64,000 bases of DNA from Nitrospirota bacterium (GTDB lineage Bacteria > Nitrospirota > Thermodesulfovibrionia > Thermodesulfovibrionales > JdFR-85), in NCBI GenBank assembly GCA_015492645.1, contig WGER01000001.1, positions 15,926 to 79,925 of the forward strand, read 5' to 3'. The notes beneath the pieces are model-generated. The model saw nothing but the letters and a program-made list of their open reading frames with translations, did no database searches and was not told where the DNA came from. Positions within the stretch are counted from its first letter, which is position 1. Each line of letters begins with the position of its first letter. Made by a program: the position numbers and the translations under genes. Shown piece by piece: positions 50,104 to 59,173 of this stretch.

Positions 50104-50642
50104 CAGAGTTTATCGAATTCAGCAACAAAGTGTTTCAGGGTTTCGTTATCAAAGATGCAGAATTCCACCACTTCCAGGGATGTATCAGGATTTTCCTTTA
50201 AAAAACTCCTGGACTCTCCCACCAGTATCTGGGCACATCTGTCCTTCGGAAACCCGAAGATTCCTGAACTTATCGCAGGCATAGAAATGCTTTTAAACCC
50301 CTTTTCTGTAGCAAGCCGGAGTGCACTCCGTACAGCACTGCGGAGTTTGTTGTCCTCATCTCCTTCACCCATCCTGGGACCCACAGCATGTATCACAGCC
50401 TTACAGGGGAGGCTTCCGGCTGTAGTTATGGCCGCAGAGCCAACAGGTACATAACCTATCCTGTCGCTCTCCTGCTGGATCACCTGTCCACCCTTTCTGA
50501 CTATTGCACCTGCTACCCCTCCTCCATGTTTCAGATGGGAGTTTGCAGCATTCACGATCGCATCAACATCCCTTTCAGTGATATCCCCCTTGACAAGTCT
50601 GAGGACCTTCCCGTTCACCCTTTTTTCACTGATAACCTCCAT
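50103..50642 (-). CDS. macrodomain protein (YmdB-like ADP-ribose hydrolase)
   Basis: [27 protein letters not shown] and [11 protein letters not shown]. Confidence 0.93.
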   Translation of the reverse strand: MEVISEKRVNGKVLRLVKGDITERDVDAIVNAANSHLKHGGGVAGAIVRKGGQVIQQESDRIGYVPVGSAAITTAGSLPCKAVIHAVGPRMGEGDEDNKLRSAVRSALRLATEKGFKSISMPAISSGIFGFPKDRCAQILVGESRSFLKENPDTSLEVVEFCIFDNETLKHFVAEFDKL

Positions 50643-50705
50643 AACAGCCCTCCTTAGTTCAGTTTTTTAATATTTTACAAAAATTGGGACTGGGTTTTTC
50701 AGAAA

Positions 50706-50756
50706 GTTTAGAAGTTTCTAAACATATTGACAAATTATCAACACTCCGTTTATAAT
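50706..50756 (+). promoter_or_regulatory. sigma70 promoter with upstream palindromic operator
   Basis: GTTTAGAA-GT-TTCTAAAC (50706-50723); TTGACA (50727)-18 bp-TATAAT (50751). Confidence 0.7.
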
Positions 50757-50786
50757 TGAATAAATCCATTAAAGAAGGAGGAGAAG

Positions 50787-51185
50787 ATGGCGGCAAAGAA
50801 GATGGCGATTGTGGCCAGCAAGGCCACCCTTGACATGGCTTATGCCCCACTTGTAATTGGAGCAACTGCTGCCACACTTGATGCAGATGTGAGGATATTC
50901 TTTGCCTTTGGTGGTCTTAATATCCTCCACAGGGAGAAGAACAGGAATCTGCCACCTCCACAGGGAATGGAGGAACTCCCTCAACTGGCTAACAATGTCG
51001 GTTGGGCAGGCATACCAGAGATGCTCCAGATGTGTAAGGATGCCGGCGTTAAACTGATCGCCTGTTCCGCAACAATGAAGATGCTTGGTTACAAGGAAGA
51101 AGACCTGATCGAGGGTGTCGAGGTAGCCGATGCCGACAGATTTGTAGAGTTCGCACTCGAGGCAGACTCTACCCTATTTATTTAG
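50787..51185 (+). CDS. DsrE/DsrF/DrsH-like (DsrE2) sulfurtransferase-family protein
   Basis: KATLD.AY.PL, FFAFGGL and LIAC..TM. Confidence 0.85.
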   Translation: MAAKKMAIVASKATLDMAYAPLVIGATAATLDADVRIFFAFGGLNILHREKNRNLPPPQGMEELPQLANNVGWAGIPEMLQMCKDAGVKLIACSATMKMLGYKEEDLIEGVEVADADRFVEFALEADSTLFI

Positions 51186-51213
51186 CCCCTTCTGCTCAGA
51201 ACCCCTTTCTCAT

Positions 51214-51237
51214 AGGCCCTGCCTGATGGCAGGGCCT
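51214..51237 (+). terminator. stem-loop after dsrE2-like gene
   Basis: AGGCCCTGCC-TGAT-GGCAGGGCCT. Confidence 0.6.
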
Positions 51238-51442
51238 CTATCTCCCTACAAGATAATGTAAACCCTGTTCAGTTAGGCAAAAAGGGTGTAACTCTGGCAT
51301 CGGCACTCAAGGTATCACTGGATTTAATGCCTCACTTTAACCCTTATTCACCTATGAATCTATTACAGGCCACGCCTATGGCGGTGTAATTCTGAGCAGA
51401 TGACAAGATGAATTTTTGTCCCCATAAGTGCTATATTTTTAT

Positions 51443-52387
51443 ATGCCCGCTAATCTACCTCCTGAGTACTTTGAGGTTGAGAAACGGTTTAGAGAAGCCC
51501 AGAGTATTCAGGAAAAGATTGCCCTTCTTGAAGAGTTAATTTCCACTGTTCCAAAACACAAGGGAACGGATAAACTCAGGGCAGAACTGAGAAGAAGACT
51601 CTCAAAACTCCGTCAGGAATCCGAAAAGAGGAAGAAGTCAGGCAGAGGCGACCTCTACAGTGTAGAGAAAGAGGGGGCTGCACAGATTGTGCTCGTAGGC
51701 CTTCCAAATTCTGGCAAGTCCTCCCTCCTGGCAACCCTTACCAATGCACGTCCTGTTATTGCATCTTATCCTATGAGTACTGTAATGCCCATGCCAGGGA
51801 TGATGCCCTTTGAAGACATACAATTTCAGATTGTGGATCTGCCACCTATAGGGAACTCATCTACAGATGGATGGGTCTCATCAATTATAAGAGGGAGCAA
51901 TCTTATGCTGGTTGTGATTGATCTGTCTGATGCACCTGAGATACAGGCTGAACTCATACTGGAACAACTCCAGAAATGGAAGATCATCCCAGGTAAGCCA
52001 CTGATTCTGGTAGCAAATAAGGCAGATCTTGATCCTGAGGAAGGCGGGTTGAAGGCTCTCAGAGAGGCATTTAAAGATAGGTATCCAGTAGTGTCTGTTT
52101 CAACCACAAAAAAGACAGGGCTTGAAGAACTGAAAAGAATGGTATTTGAGCACTCAGGGATCATCCGTGTTTATACAAAGGAGCCTGGTAACAAACCCGA
52201 TCTTACCGTCCCCTTTATCCTTCCAAAAGGAGCCACTGTGCTTGACCTTGCCTCCTTAATCCATAAGGATTTTGTAAGAAACCTCAAATACGCCTGTATC
52301 TGGGGGTCATCAAAGTTTCCAGGTCAGAGGGTTCAAAAGGACTATCCTCTTCAGGACAGAGACATAGTTGAGTTACACGTAAGATGA
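51443..52387 (+). CDS. OBG-family DRG/Rbg-like GTPase with TGS domain
   Basis: MPANLPP, PKHKGT, GLPNSGKS, NKAD and TGS C-terminus; start moved to 51443. Confidence 0.88.
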   Translation: MPANLPPEYFEVEKRFREAQSIQEKIALLEELISTVPKHKGTDKLRAELRRRLSKLRQESEKRKKSGRGDLYSVEKEGAAQIVLVGLPNSGKSSLLATLTNARPVIASYPMSTVMPMPGMMPFEDIQFQIVDLPPIGNSSTDGWVSSIIRGSNLMLVVIDLSDAPEIQAELILEQLQKWKIIPGKPLILVANKADLDPEEGGLKALREAFKDRYPVVSVSTTKKTGLEELKRMVFEHSGIIRVYTKEPGNKPDLTVPFILPKGATVLDLASLIHKDFVRNLKYACIWGSSKFPGQRVQKDYPLQDRDIVELHVR

Positions 52388-52484
52388 CGGTATTCATTTT
52401 TGGAAGAATATTCCTGCTGCAAAATTGACTTATATCATGAAAAAATATTATTCTAAAAATCTAAGGTTAATTTGTTTTGCTGAT

Positions 52485-52560
52485 GGGCCGCTAGCTCAGT
52501 CGGCAGAGCACCGCCCTTTTAAGGCGGGTGTGCGGGGTTCGAATCCCCGGCGGCTCACCA
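52485..52560 (+). tRNA. tRNA-Lys(TTT)
   Basis: 76-nt cloverleaf, anticodon loop CTTTTAA, GTTCGAAT and CCA end. Confidence 0.96.
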
Positions 52561-52570
52561 GAAGGGAAGA

Positions 52571-52629
52571 CAGAGTCAGAAGTCGGATCTCTGAATATCT
52601 GATTTCTGACTTCCGATTTCTGACTTCTG
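52571..52629. repeat. heptamer-repeat hairpin between tRNAs
   Basis: TCTGATT/TCTGACT/TCCGATT/TCTGACT array complementary to upstream CAGAGTCAGAAGTCGGA. Confidence 0.65.
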
Positions 52630-52635
52630 TTTTGC

Positions 52636-52713
52636 GTCCCCATCGTCTAGCCAGGCCTAGGACACCGCCCTTTCAAGGCGGTAACACGGGTTCGAATCCC
52701 GTTGGGGACGCCA
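52636..52713 (+). tRNA. tRNA-Glu(TTC)
   Basis: Cloverleaf, anticodon loop CTTTCAA, GTTCGAAT and CCA end. Confidence 0.96.
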
Positions 52714-52720
52714 TTTTTTC

Positions 52721-52824
52721 TGAACATTTTGGTCTATCTCCTTTATCCCCTCTGTACAAAAATGTACATTATGATGTCAAAGTTCCTCTGTGAATTAAGC
52801 ATGTAAACTGGCACATCTTTTGCT
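52721..52824 (+). promoter_or_regulatory. sigma54 promoter of sox cluster with two candidate enhancer sites
   Basis: TGGCAC-ATCTT-TTGCT (52809-52824); TGAACATTTTGGTCTA (52721) and TGTACAAAAATGTACA (52753). Confidence 0.75.
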
Positions 52825-52837
52825 ATATAATGTTGTC

Positions 52838-53215
52838 ATGAGACAGATGATGATACACTGGGCTGTGTTTCTTATCCTTATTACTTCAGTTTATGCAGGT
52901 CCCTCTAAGAGACTTCTGTTTTTTTATGATGAAAGTTGTAAATGGTGTGAATATATGCAGAAGGTCCTGGAGGATAGGGATGTGAAGAGAATGTTGCATG
53001 AAATAGAGGTTATAAAGATAGATACGCAGAATAACAGAAAAATCGGTCCATGGGGCAAAACCGCAAGGGAATTAACAGACCTCTACATGATCAGGAGTGT
53101 ACCTACGCTCATTTTTGAGGAAGAGGGTGGCAAGGAACTGCTCAGGATACCAGGCGCTATAGAAAAGAAGGACTTGGTTGATTTGCTCTGTGAGTATATC
53201 CTTAGTAAGTGTTAG
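52838..53215 (+). CDS. SoxW-like exported thioredoxin-fold protein
   Basis: Signal peptide, CKWC and VPT; the TTG start at 52820 lies inside the promoter. Confidence 0.78.
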   Translation: MRQMMIHWAVFLILITSVYAGPSKRLLFFYDESCKWCEYMQKVLEDRDVKRMLHEIEVIKIDTQNNRKIGPWGKTARELTDLYMIRSVPTLIFEEEGGKELLRIPGAIEKKDLVDLLCEYILSKC

Positions 53216-53280
53216 TCCCCCTCAAAGGCCGGATTCTGGCAGAGGTGGGTAGTATAAATTAATCTTTCAAGGAGGTCACA

Positions 53281-53760
53281 ATGAGGAGTTTGGCAACTCT
53301 GATGTTAGGGATTTCTCTTGTCGTTGGTTCTCTTACGGTGGCCAATGCAGATGAAAAGGTGAGAAAAGCAGTATATCACTGTGACTTCGGTGATGCAAAG
53401 AGGTTTGATGCAATGTTGAGAAATATTTATAATTTGGTTAACTACTACACCACAAATGGCATCTTCTATGATGTCAGGATGGTGGCAAACTCCGCCTGTG
53501 TCCAGTTTTTACTCAAGGACAAAGCGGGAACCAAGTTTGCCAAGAAGCAGATCCCTCCAAAACTGGCAAAGGCCATAAATGACAGAATGAAGACACTGGT
53601 GGATGCCTATGGTGTGAAGTTTGAACAGTGCAGTATAACCCTCCAGAGATTAAACATTGACAAGAAAAAATTGGAGCACTTTGTGGCTACTGTACCCTCT
53701 GCACAGGTAAGAGTTGTGGAATTACAGGATGAGGGATTCGCATATATAAAGGTTAAATGA
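53281..53760 (+). CDS. periplasmic DsrE-family protein
   Basis: Signal peptide, KAVYH, F..C..TL and ELQ.EGFAYIK. Confidence 0.8.
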   Translation: MRSLATLMLGISLVVGSLTVANADEKVRKAVYHCDFGDAKRFDAMLRNIYNLVNYYTTNGIFYDVRMVANSACVQFLLKDKAGTKFAKKQIPPKLAKAINDRMKTLVDAYGVKFEQCSITLQRLNIDKKKLEHFVATVPSAQVRVVELQDEGFAYIKVK

Positions 53761-53777
53761 AAGGGAGAGTTCGTCAT

Positions 53778-54239
53778 ATGGAGAGAAGAGAATTCTTGAA
53801 ACTCTGTCTTGCGGTGTGGGGTGCTACATTATTATGTGAACCATTTGTGGAAACAGAGGCTGCAGAGGATGATGAGGCAAGGTTGAAGAGGGTCTTAAAG
53901 GAGAAATTTGGCGGTAGAGAGATTAGACCCTCCTCCAAGATTAATCTGAGTGTGCCGATAATAGCCGAAAATGGTGCTGTGGTCCCAGTAAAAGTGAGTG
54001 CAGATATGCCTATGAAGGTCTCTTTATATGTAAAAAAGATCTATATATTTGTGGATGGGAATATGAACCCTTATGTGGGCAGTGTAGAACTTTCCCCAAA
54101 GAATGGTAGGGCAGAGGTTGCAATGAGAATCAAGATGAGGAAGACTTCTCCTGTCAGGGCAGTAATAGAAATGAGCGACGGTTCTCTGTATACCACAATG
54201 AAGGAAGTGAAGGTTACCAGGGGGGGTTGTGGCGGATGA
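53778..54239 (+). CDS. soxY: thiosulfate oxidation carrier protein SoxY
   Basis: Tat signal RREFLK, IAENGAVVP and C-terminal VKVT.GGCGG. Confidence 0.96.
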   Translation: MERREFLKLCLAVWGATLLCEPFVETEAAEDDEARLKRVLKEKFGGREIRPSSKINLSVPIIAENGAVVPVKVSADMPMKVSLYVKKIYIFVDGNMNPYVGSVELSPKNGRAEVAMRIKMRKTSPVRAVIEMSDGSLYTTMKEVKVTRGGCGG

Positions 54240-54256
54240 ACTCAGGAGGACAGGGG

Positions 54257-54589
54257 ATGAGTGAAATAGGTAAGATCAGATTCAGGATACCGAAAAATAT
54301 AAAAAGGGGGCAGATAATACCAGTAAAGGTCCTTATTAGACATCCCATGGAGACGGGGTTCAGAAAAGATAAAGCCACGGGTGAGACAATCCCAGCATAC
54401 TATATTAACCGGGTAGAGATATATTACTCAGGAGAGTTGATAACCCTCTTTGACTGGACAAGGGCTATAAGTGCAAATCCATTGATTACCTTTTATCTAA
54501 GGGCGGATAAGAAGGCACCACTCCGAATAGTATGGAAAGACAACAAAGGTGGCGTTTACGAAAAGTCAGTGATGATAAATCCTCAATAG
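54257..54589 (+). CDS. soxZ: thiosulfate oxidation carrier complex protein SoxZ
   Basis: HPMETG.RKD, ISANP and W.DNKG. Confidence 0.95.
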   Translation: MSEIGKIRFRIPKNIKRGQIIPVKVLIRHPMETGFRKDKATGETIPAYYINRVEIYYSGELITLFDWTRAISANPLITFYLRADKKAPLRIVWKDNKGGVYEKSVMINPQ

Positions 54590-54598
54590 GGGAAGATC

Positions 54599-56260
54599 AT
54601 GATCAGCAGAAGGGAGTTTCTATACTGTCTGGCGATTGCAATGGGTGGATCTGCAATAAATCTAAAGGGATTGTCTGCAGAAGAACCCACTTTTGAGTCT
54701 GTTGTTAGTTTTCGGTCAATCGGAAATGTGACCATACTGCATACCACTGATACCCATGCCCAGCTCCTTCCAACCTATTACAGGGAGCCTGATACCAACA
54801 TCGGTATAGGTGCAATGAAGGGCACCCCACCGCATTTAACAGGTATGGAGTTCCTAAAGTACTATGGAATAAGGCACGGTAGCCCATTGGCTTATGCCTT
54901 TACTTATTTAGATTTTCAGACACTTGCCAGAGAATATGGCAAGATGGGGGGATTTTCCCATCTTGCCACTCTTATTAAACAGGTGAGACAGGAAAGAGAG
55001 GGCAAGGTTGTGTATGTAGATACAGGAGACACCCTTCAAGGCTCTGCATTGAGCCTCTGGTCCAGAGGAGAGGATATGGTAGAGGTACTGAATCTTCTTA
55101 AATGTGATGCTATGACCGGTCACTGGGAATTCACATATGGCCAGCAGAGGCTTATGGAACTGATAAAGAAGATGAAATTTCCATTTATTGCACATAATGT
55201 GCATGATGCAATCTGGGAAGATCCTGTGTTTGAGCCTTATGTGATAAAGTCATTAAAGGATGTCTCTGTTGCCCTTATAGGTCAGGCATTCCCATATACC
55301 CCCATAGCCAATCCGAAAAGGTTTATTCCTGACTGGTCCTTTGGGATCAAAGAGGAAAACCTTCAAAGAGTTGTAGATGAGGTGAGGGCAAAGAAGGTAG
55401 ATTTAGTAATCCTATTATCCCACAGTGGCTTTGATGTGGACAGAAAAATAGCATCAAGGGTAAAGGGAATAGACGTGATCTTAGGTGGGCATACCCATGA
55501 TGCTATACCGAGACCCTTTGTAGTGGGGAAAACCCTTGTCATTGGATCAGGCTGTTATGGAAAGTTTTTAGCAAGATTGGATCTGAAGGTGAGGTCAAAA
55601 AGGATTGAAGACTTTTCCTTTAAACTCATACCTGTCTTCTCCAGAGTTATCAAACCTGACCATGAAATGGAAACACTTATAAAGAGATTAAGGACTCCAT
55701 ATCTCAAGCAGTTGAGCGAGGTGATTGGAGAGACGGAGGTCCTGCTCTTCAGAAGAGGCAATTTTGACGGTACCTTTGACGATCTTATATGTGATGCACT
55801 AATGGAATACTATGATGTGGATTTCACCTTGTCTCCAGGATTCAGATGGGGAGCAACGATTCTTCCAGGTAAAATAACCAGTGAGGATGTCTATTCTCAC
55901 ACTGCAATCACATATCCAAACACCTACAGAGGTAAGATAAAAGGTTCACAACTAAAAGAGATCCTTGAGGATATAGCCGATAACCTCTTTAATCCAGACC
56001 CCTACAGACAACAGGGTGGTGACATGGTACGTTCAAGAGGCATCCACTATATACTCTATCCTGAACAGAAGATGGGCAACAGGATAGCAGATCTCCGTGT
56101 AAGGGGAAAGCCTGTTGACCCTGACAGGGAATACACCTTTGCCGGATGGGCCTCTATGCAACTACAGGAGGGTCCCCCTGTATATGAGATTGTGTTAGAC
56201 TATATCAGGAAGAAAAAAAGAATTAATGTTGAGGTGGACCGACCGAGGGTTATAATCTGA
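54599..56260 (+). CDS. soxB: thiosulfohydrolase SoxB
   Basis: Tat signal, D.HAQL.P.Y.REP, HWEFT, GGHTHD, SPGFRWG and NPDPY.QQGGDMVR. Confidence 0.96.
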   Translation: MISRREFLYCLAIAMGGSAINLKGLSAEEPTFESVVSFRSIGNVTILHTTDTHAQLLPTYYREPDTNIGIGAMKGTPPHLTGMEFLKYYGIRHGSPLAYAFTYLDFQTLAREYGKMGGFSHLATLIKQVRQEREGKVVYVDTGDTLQGSALSLWSRGEDMVEVLNLLKCDAMTGHWEFTYGQQRLMELIKKMKFPFIAHNVHDAIWEDPVFEPYVIKSLKDVSVALIGQAFPYTPIANPKRFIPDWSFGIKEENLQRVVDEVRAKKVDLVILLSHSGFDVDRKIASRVKGIDVILGGHTHDAIPRPFVVGKTLVIGSGCYGKFLARLDLKVRSKRIEDFSFKLIPVFSRVIKPDHEMETLIKRLRTPYLKQLSEVIGETEVLLFRRGNFDGTFDDLICDALMEYYDVDFTLSPGFRWGATILPGKITSEDVYSHTAITYPNTYRGKIKGSQLKEILEDIADNLFNPDPYRQQGGDMVRSRGIHYILYPEQKMGNRIADLRVRGKPVDPDREYTFAGWASMQLQEGPPVYEIVLDYIRKKKRINVEVDRPRVII

Positions 56261-56267
56261 TCATTAA

Positions 56268-57722
56268 GTGACAAAGAGATTCTTTATAATCTCACTGATA
56301 TGGATACTCTGGACAGGTAGTGTTCAGTCAATAGAAGAGTTGAGATTTGTGCTCATACCCCTTGAGTCTCCCACTACCATGTACAAAAGGTTTCTCCCTC
56401 TTAAGAGATATCTGCAGGAGAGACTTTCATTAAGGATCACCTTGCGGGTTGCCACTGATGGAGAGGACATCCTGAAACAATTAAGAGAAGGAAAGGCTGA
56501 TCTGGCCTTCCTCTGTCCAACCCTTTACTGCAGGGCCGCGGCAGAGAGCCCTTTGCTGCCCCTCATCAAACTCAGTGTTCGTGGTGCTTCAAAATACAGG
56601 AGTGCAATTGTTGTCCGGCAAGATTCTGATATAAAGAAGACGATTGACCTGAGAGACAGAAGTTTCGTCTATGGCCGATATCAGTGTCCGGGCTCAGGGC
56701 TTCTACCCACTGTTATGTTGAAGAGGGTTGGTATTACTGAAGAGGGACTCTTTGAGGTTGTCAAGTTAGGCTCTGATAAGAGCGCAGTGGTTTCTGTACT
56801 GGCAAAGGTATTTGATGCCACAGGTGTGCCCGAGTCAGTAGCAGAGAAATATGCTGACAAAGGGCTCAGGACTGTCAGATATTCCTATTCTATCCCTCAG
56901 TATCTCATCGCTGCTCGTAAGGATTTAGGTGTTGACCTTTTGGCCAACCTCAGGGAGACCTTTCTTGAGGTAAACAGCAGTCCTTCAGGATCTCATATAT
57001 TTGAGAGTATAGGTGAGGGAGTTGATTCCTTCAGACCTGCCTCAGACAGTGAATATGACATTGTAAGGGCACTGATGAATATTCCTGTTCCAAAAGGTAC
57101 AGATCCGATTTCGGTAATAGTAGAACCGGTACTCTCTAAGGTGGAGATTTTAAGTAGAGTAGGAGAGATGATGAACTATCTGACTAAAGAGACAGGCCTC
57201 AGGTTCAGAATAATTGTTCCTGCTGATGAGAGATTATTCATCGAGCGGATGAAGGAAGGTGATGGTGTATTATTTCTGTATTCAGCCCTGTTTGAAAACG
57301 ACAGTGAGACCTCACTCACCAGATTAGCAAAGGTGTGGATATTCGGTAGAGATGCCCGTTTTTTCCTCATAAGAGGCGAGAATAAAGGGGGGGAGATAGC
57401 AGTGGCTTCTCTGATGCATAATATTTCTGGCATAAGCAAGAAGAGATTGACTCCGGTGGGCACCTATGAGAAAGTACTGCTCAGTGTGTACAATGGAAAT
57501 ATCTCCATGGGGTTAATAAATTCTGCAGTGTATGAGGCATTTATTGATGACCTCCATGTACAGAAACTATCCATTCTGAGAACTGTTCCACTGCCGACAT
57601 ATTGGACCTTGGAGGCAGGATATGGTGTTGATCAAAAGATAATTGATAAAATAAAAAAAGCATTAAATAATTATAAAGGATTCCCTGCTGTTGAATTATA
57701 CAATGAGATGGTATCTTCTTAA
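56268..57722 (+). CDS. PhnD/SsuA-like periplasmic binding protein with a second, degenerate binding domain
   Basis: Signal peptide; F.PL..YL...L and Y...IVVR.DS phosphonate-binding-like pattern; coupled to the kinase. Confidence 0.75.
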   Translation: MTKRFFIISLIWILWTGSVQSIEELRFVLIPLESPTTMYKRFLPLKRYLQERLSLRITLRVATDGEDILKQLREGKADLAFLCPTLYCRAAAESPLLPLIKLSVRGASKYRSAIVVRQDSDIKKTIDLRDRSFVYGRYQCPGSGLLPTVMLKRVGITEEGLFEVVKLGSDKSAVVSVLAKVFDATGVPESVAEKYADKGLRTVRYSYSIPQYLIAARKDLGVDLLANLRETFLEVNSSPSGSHIFESIGEGVDSFRPASDSEYDIVRALMNIPVPKGTDPISVIVEPVLSKVEILSRVGEMMNYLTKETGLRFRIIVPADERLFIERMKEGDGVLFLYSALFENDSETSLTRLAKVWIFGRDARFFLIRGENKGGEIAVASLMHNISGISKKRLTPVGTYEKVLLSVYNGNISMGLINSAVYEAFIDDLHVQKLSILRTVPLPTYWTLEAGYGVDQKIIDKIKKALNNYKGFPAVELYNEMVSS

Positions 57723-59172
57723 ATGGATATATGATCGGACCAGTTTTAAGACAAAAGGAATATTTTATGTGGTCATCCTTATAATGGTCATCTTTCTGTC
57801 GGTAAGCCTCCTGGTGCTCTCATCTGCAAAAAAGAATCTTAAGAATCAATTACAGACCTTCCATGAAGGGATCGCAGCCCGTCTCGCTATTGATGCCTCT
57901 GATGCCTTTATAAGTAAGGACTTTGGTAGTTTACTCACGAGAATTGAACAACTACGAAAGGCTTCACAGATAAAAGGGGCAACAGTTATTGACCTAAATG
58001 GTGTTGTTGTCTCTTCAGAGGATCTCCGAAAACTTGGTACAATCGATGATGAACTTTTAAGGTTGCTTGAGTCATATAAAAAAAAGCATTTTATAACAAA
58101 ATTAGATGGAAAGATTTTCATGCCTGTTGAGGTAGATGGTGATCTCTTCGGGTTTATGGAAGTAGTCTTTGATTGGGAGAAGGAACAACAGAACCTGAAT
58201 AAAGAGTTCAAGAACACGGTGAGACATCTCATCTATCTTGCCATTGTGATTACCGCACTCGGTATATGTGGTGCCTTTGTGGTTTCATCTCTGTTAACAA
58301 AACCTGTTGTAGACCTTACTAAAGAGATAGAGAATTTTGAGAGAGAACTCATTTCATCCACAAAGGGAGAGATTTCATCGCCCCTGAGAGACGAGACCAT
58401 TTACCTCAGGGAAGCATTCCATCGGATGATTCAGAGTCTTAAAAAATATCTGAGTGAATACAAAAGGATTTCAGAAGAGAGGCAGAGACTGTCCTGTCTT
58501 GCGACGGTGGGTGAGGTATCAGCGCAAATCGCTCATGAAATAAGGAATAGTATGCATGCAATAAAGGCTGCCATTGGAGGTATAGAAGAAACTGGGTATA
58601 ACGGCAATATAAAGGAGTACATAGAGATAATCAAGGAAGAGGCAGCGGATATGTCTGCCACTATGGAGGAATTCCTGAGATTCTCAAAGATGCCATCGCC
58701 AGTACTGAAGGAATGCAGGATTGAGGAGGTGATTGACCGTGTGATTGAATTACTTGAACCTGATCTGGAAGAAGCAGGGGTCAAGGTGATAAAGAAGAAA
58801 GATATACAATTACCTTTGTTGAAGGGTGATCCGGCCCTTCTAAAACAGGCCTTTATGAATTTATTTATGAACTCCATACAGGCAATGCCCACTGGTGGTA
58901 AGATAATCATAGACTTCAGGATCAACGAGCACTGGCTTGATGTCTCTTTTAAGGATACAGGTCCGGGGATCCCACAGGAGTTGAAGGATAAAATTTTTCA
59001 GCCTTTCTTTACAACTAAAACAGACGGGATTGGGTTGGGACTCACTACTGTCTACAAGATTGTAATAGCCCATTATGGTCAGATTTATCTGCTGGACTCT
59101 GAAGTGGGTGCAAACTTTCTGATAAGGCTTCCCTTAGGAGAACAGAGGCTGACCTTTATGGAGGATATCTGA
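57691..59172 (+). CDS. NtrB-type sensor histidine kinase
   Basis: 2 TM, AHEIRN, N box, DTGPGI and PFFTTK..G.GLGL; start codon uncertain. Confidence 0.92.
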   Translation: MNYTMRWYLLKWIYDRTSFKTKGIFYVVILIMVIFLSVSLLVLSSAKKNLKNQLQTFHEGIAARLAIDASDAFISKDFGSLLTRIEQLRKASQIKGATVIDLNGVVVSSEDLRKLGTIDDELLRLLESYKKKHFITKLDGKIFMPVEVDGDLFGFMEVVFDWEKEQQNLNKEFKNTVRHLIYLAIVITALGICGAFVVSSLLTKPVVDLTKEIENFERELISSTKGEISSPLRDETIYLREAFHRMIQSLKKYLSEYKRISEERQRLSCLATVGEVSAQIAHEIRNSMHAIKAAIGGIEETGYNGNIKEYIEIIKEEAADMSATMEEFLRFSKMPSPVLKECRIEEVIDRVIELLEPDLEEAGVKVIKKKDIQLPLLKGDPALLKQAFMNLFMNSIQAMPTGGKIIIDFRINEHWLDVSFKDTGPGIPQELKDKIFQPFFTTKTDGIGLGLTTVYKIVIAHYGQIYLLDSEVGANFLIRLPLGEQRLTFMEDI

Positions 59173-59173
59173 A

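Noticed and set aside
52425..52793. 122-aa ORF
   Set aside because: It overlaps two tRNA genes and is spurious.
54237..54239. TGA ending soxY as possible Sec
   Set aside because: GGCGG is the canonical SoxY C-terminus, and the soxZ SD follows immediately.
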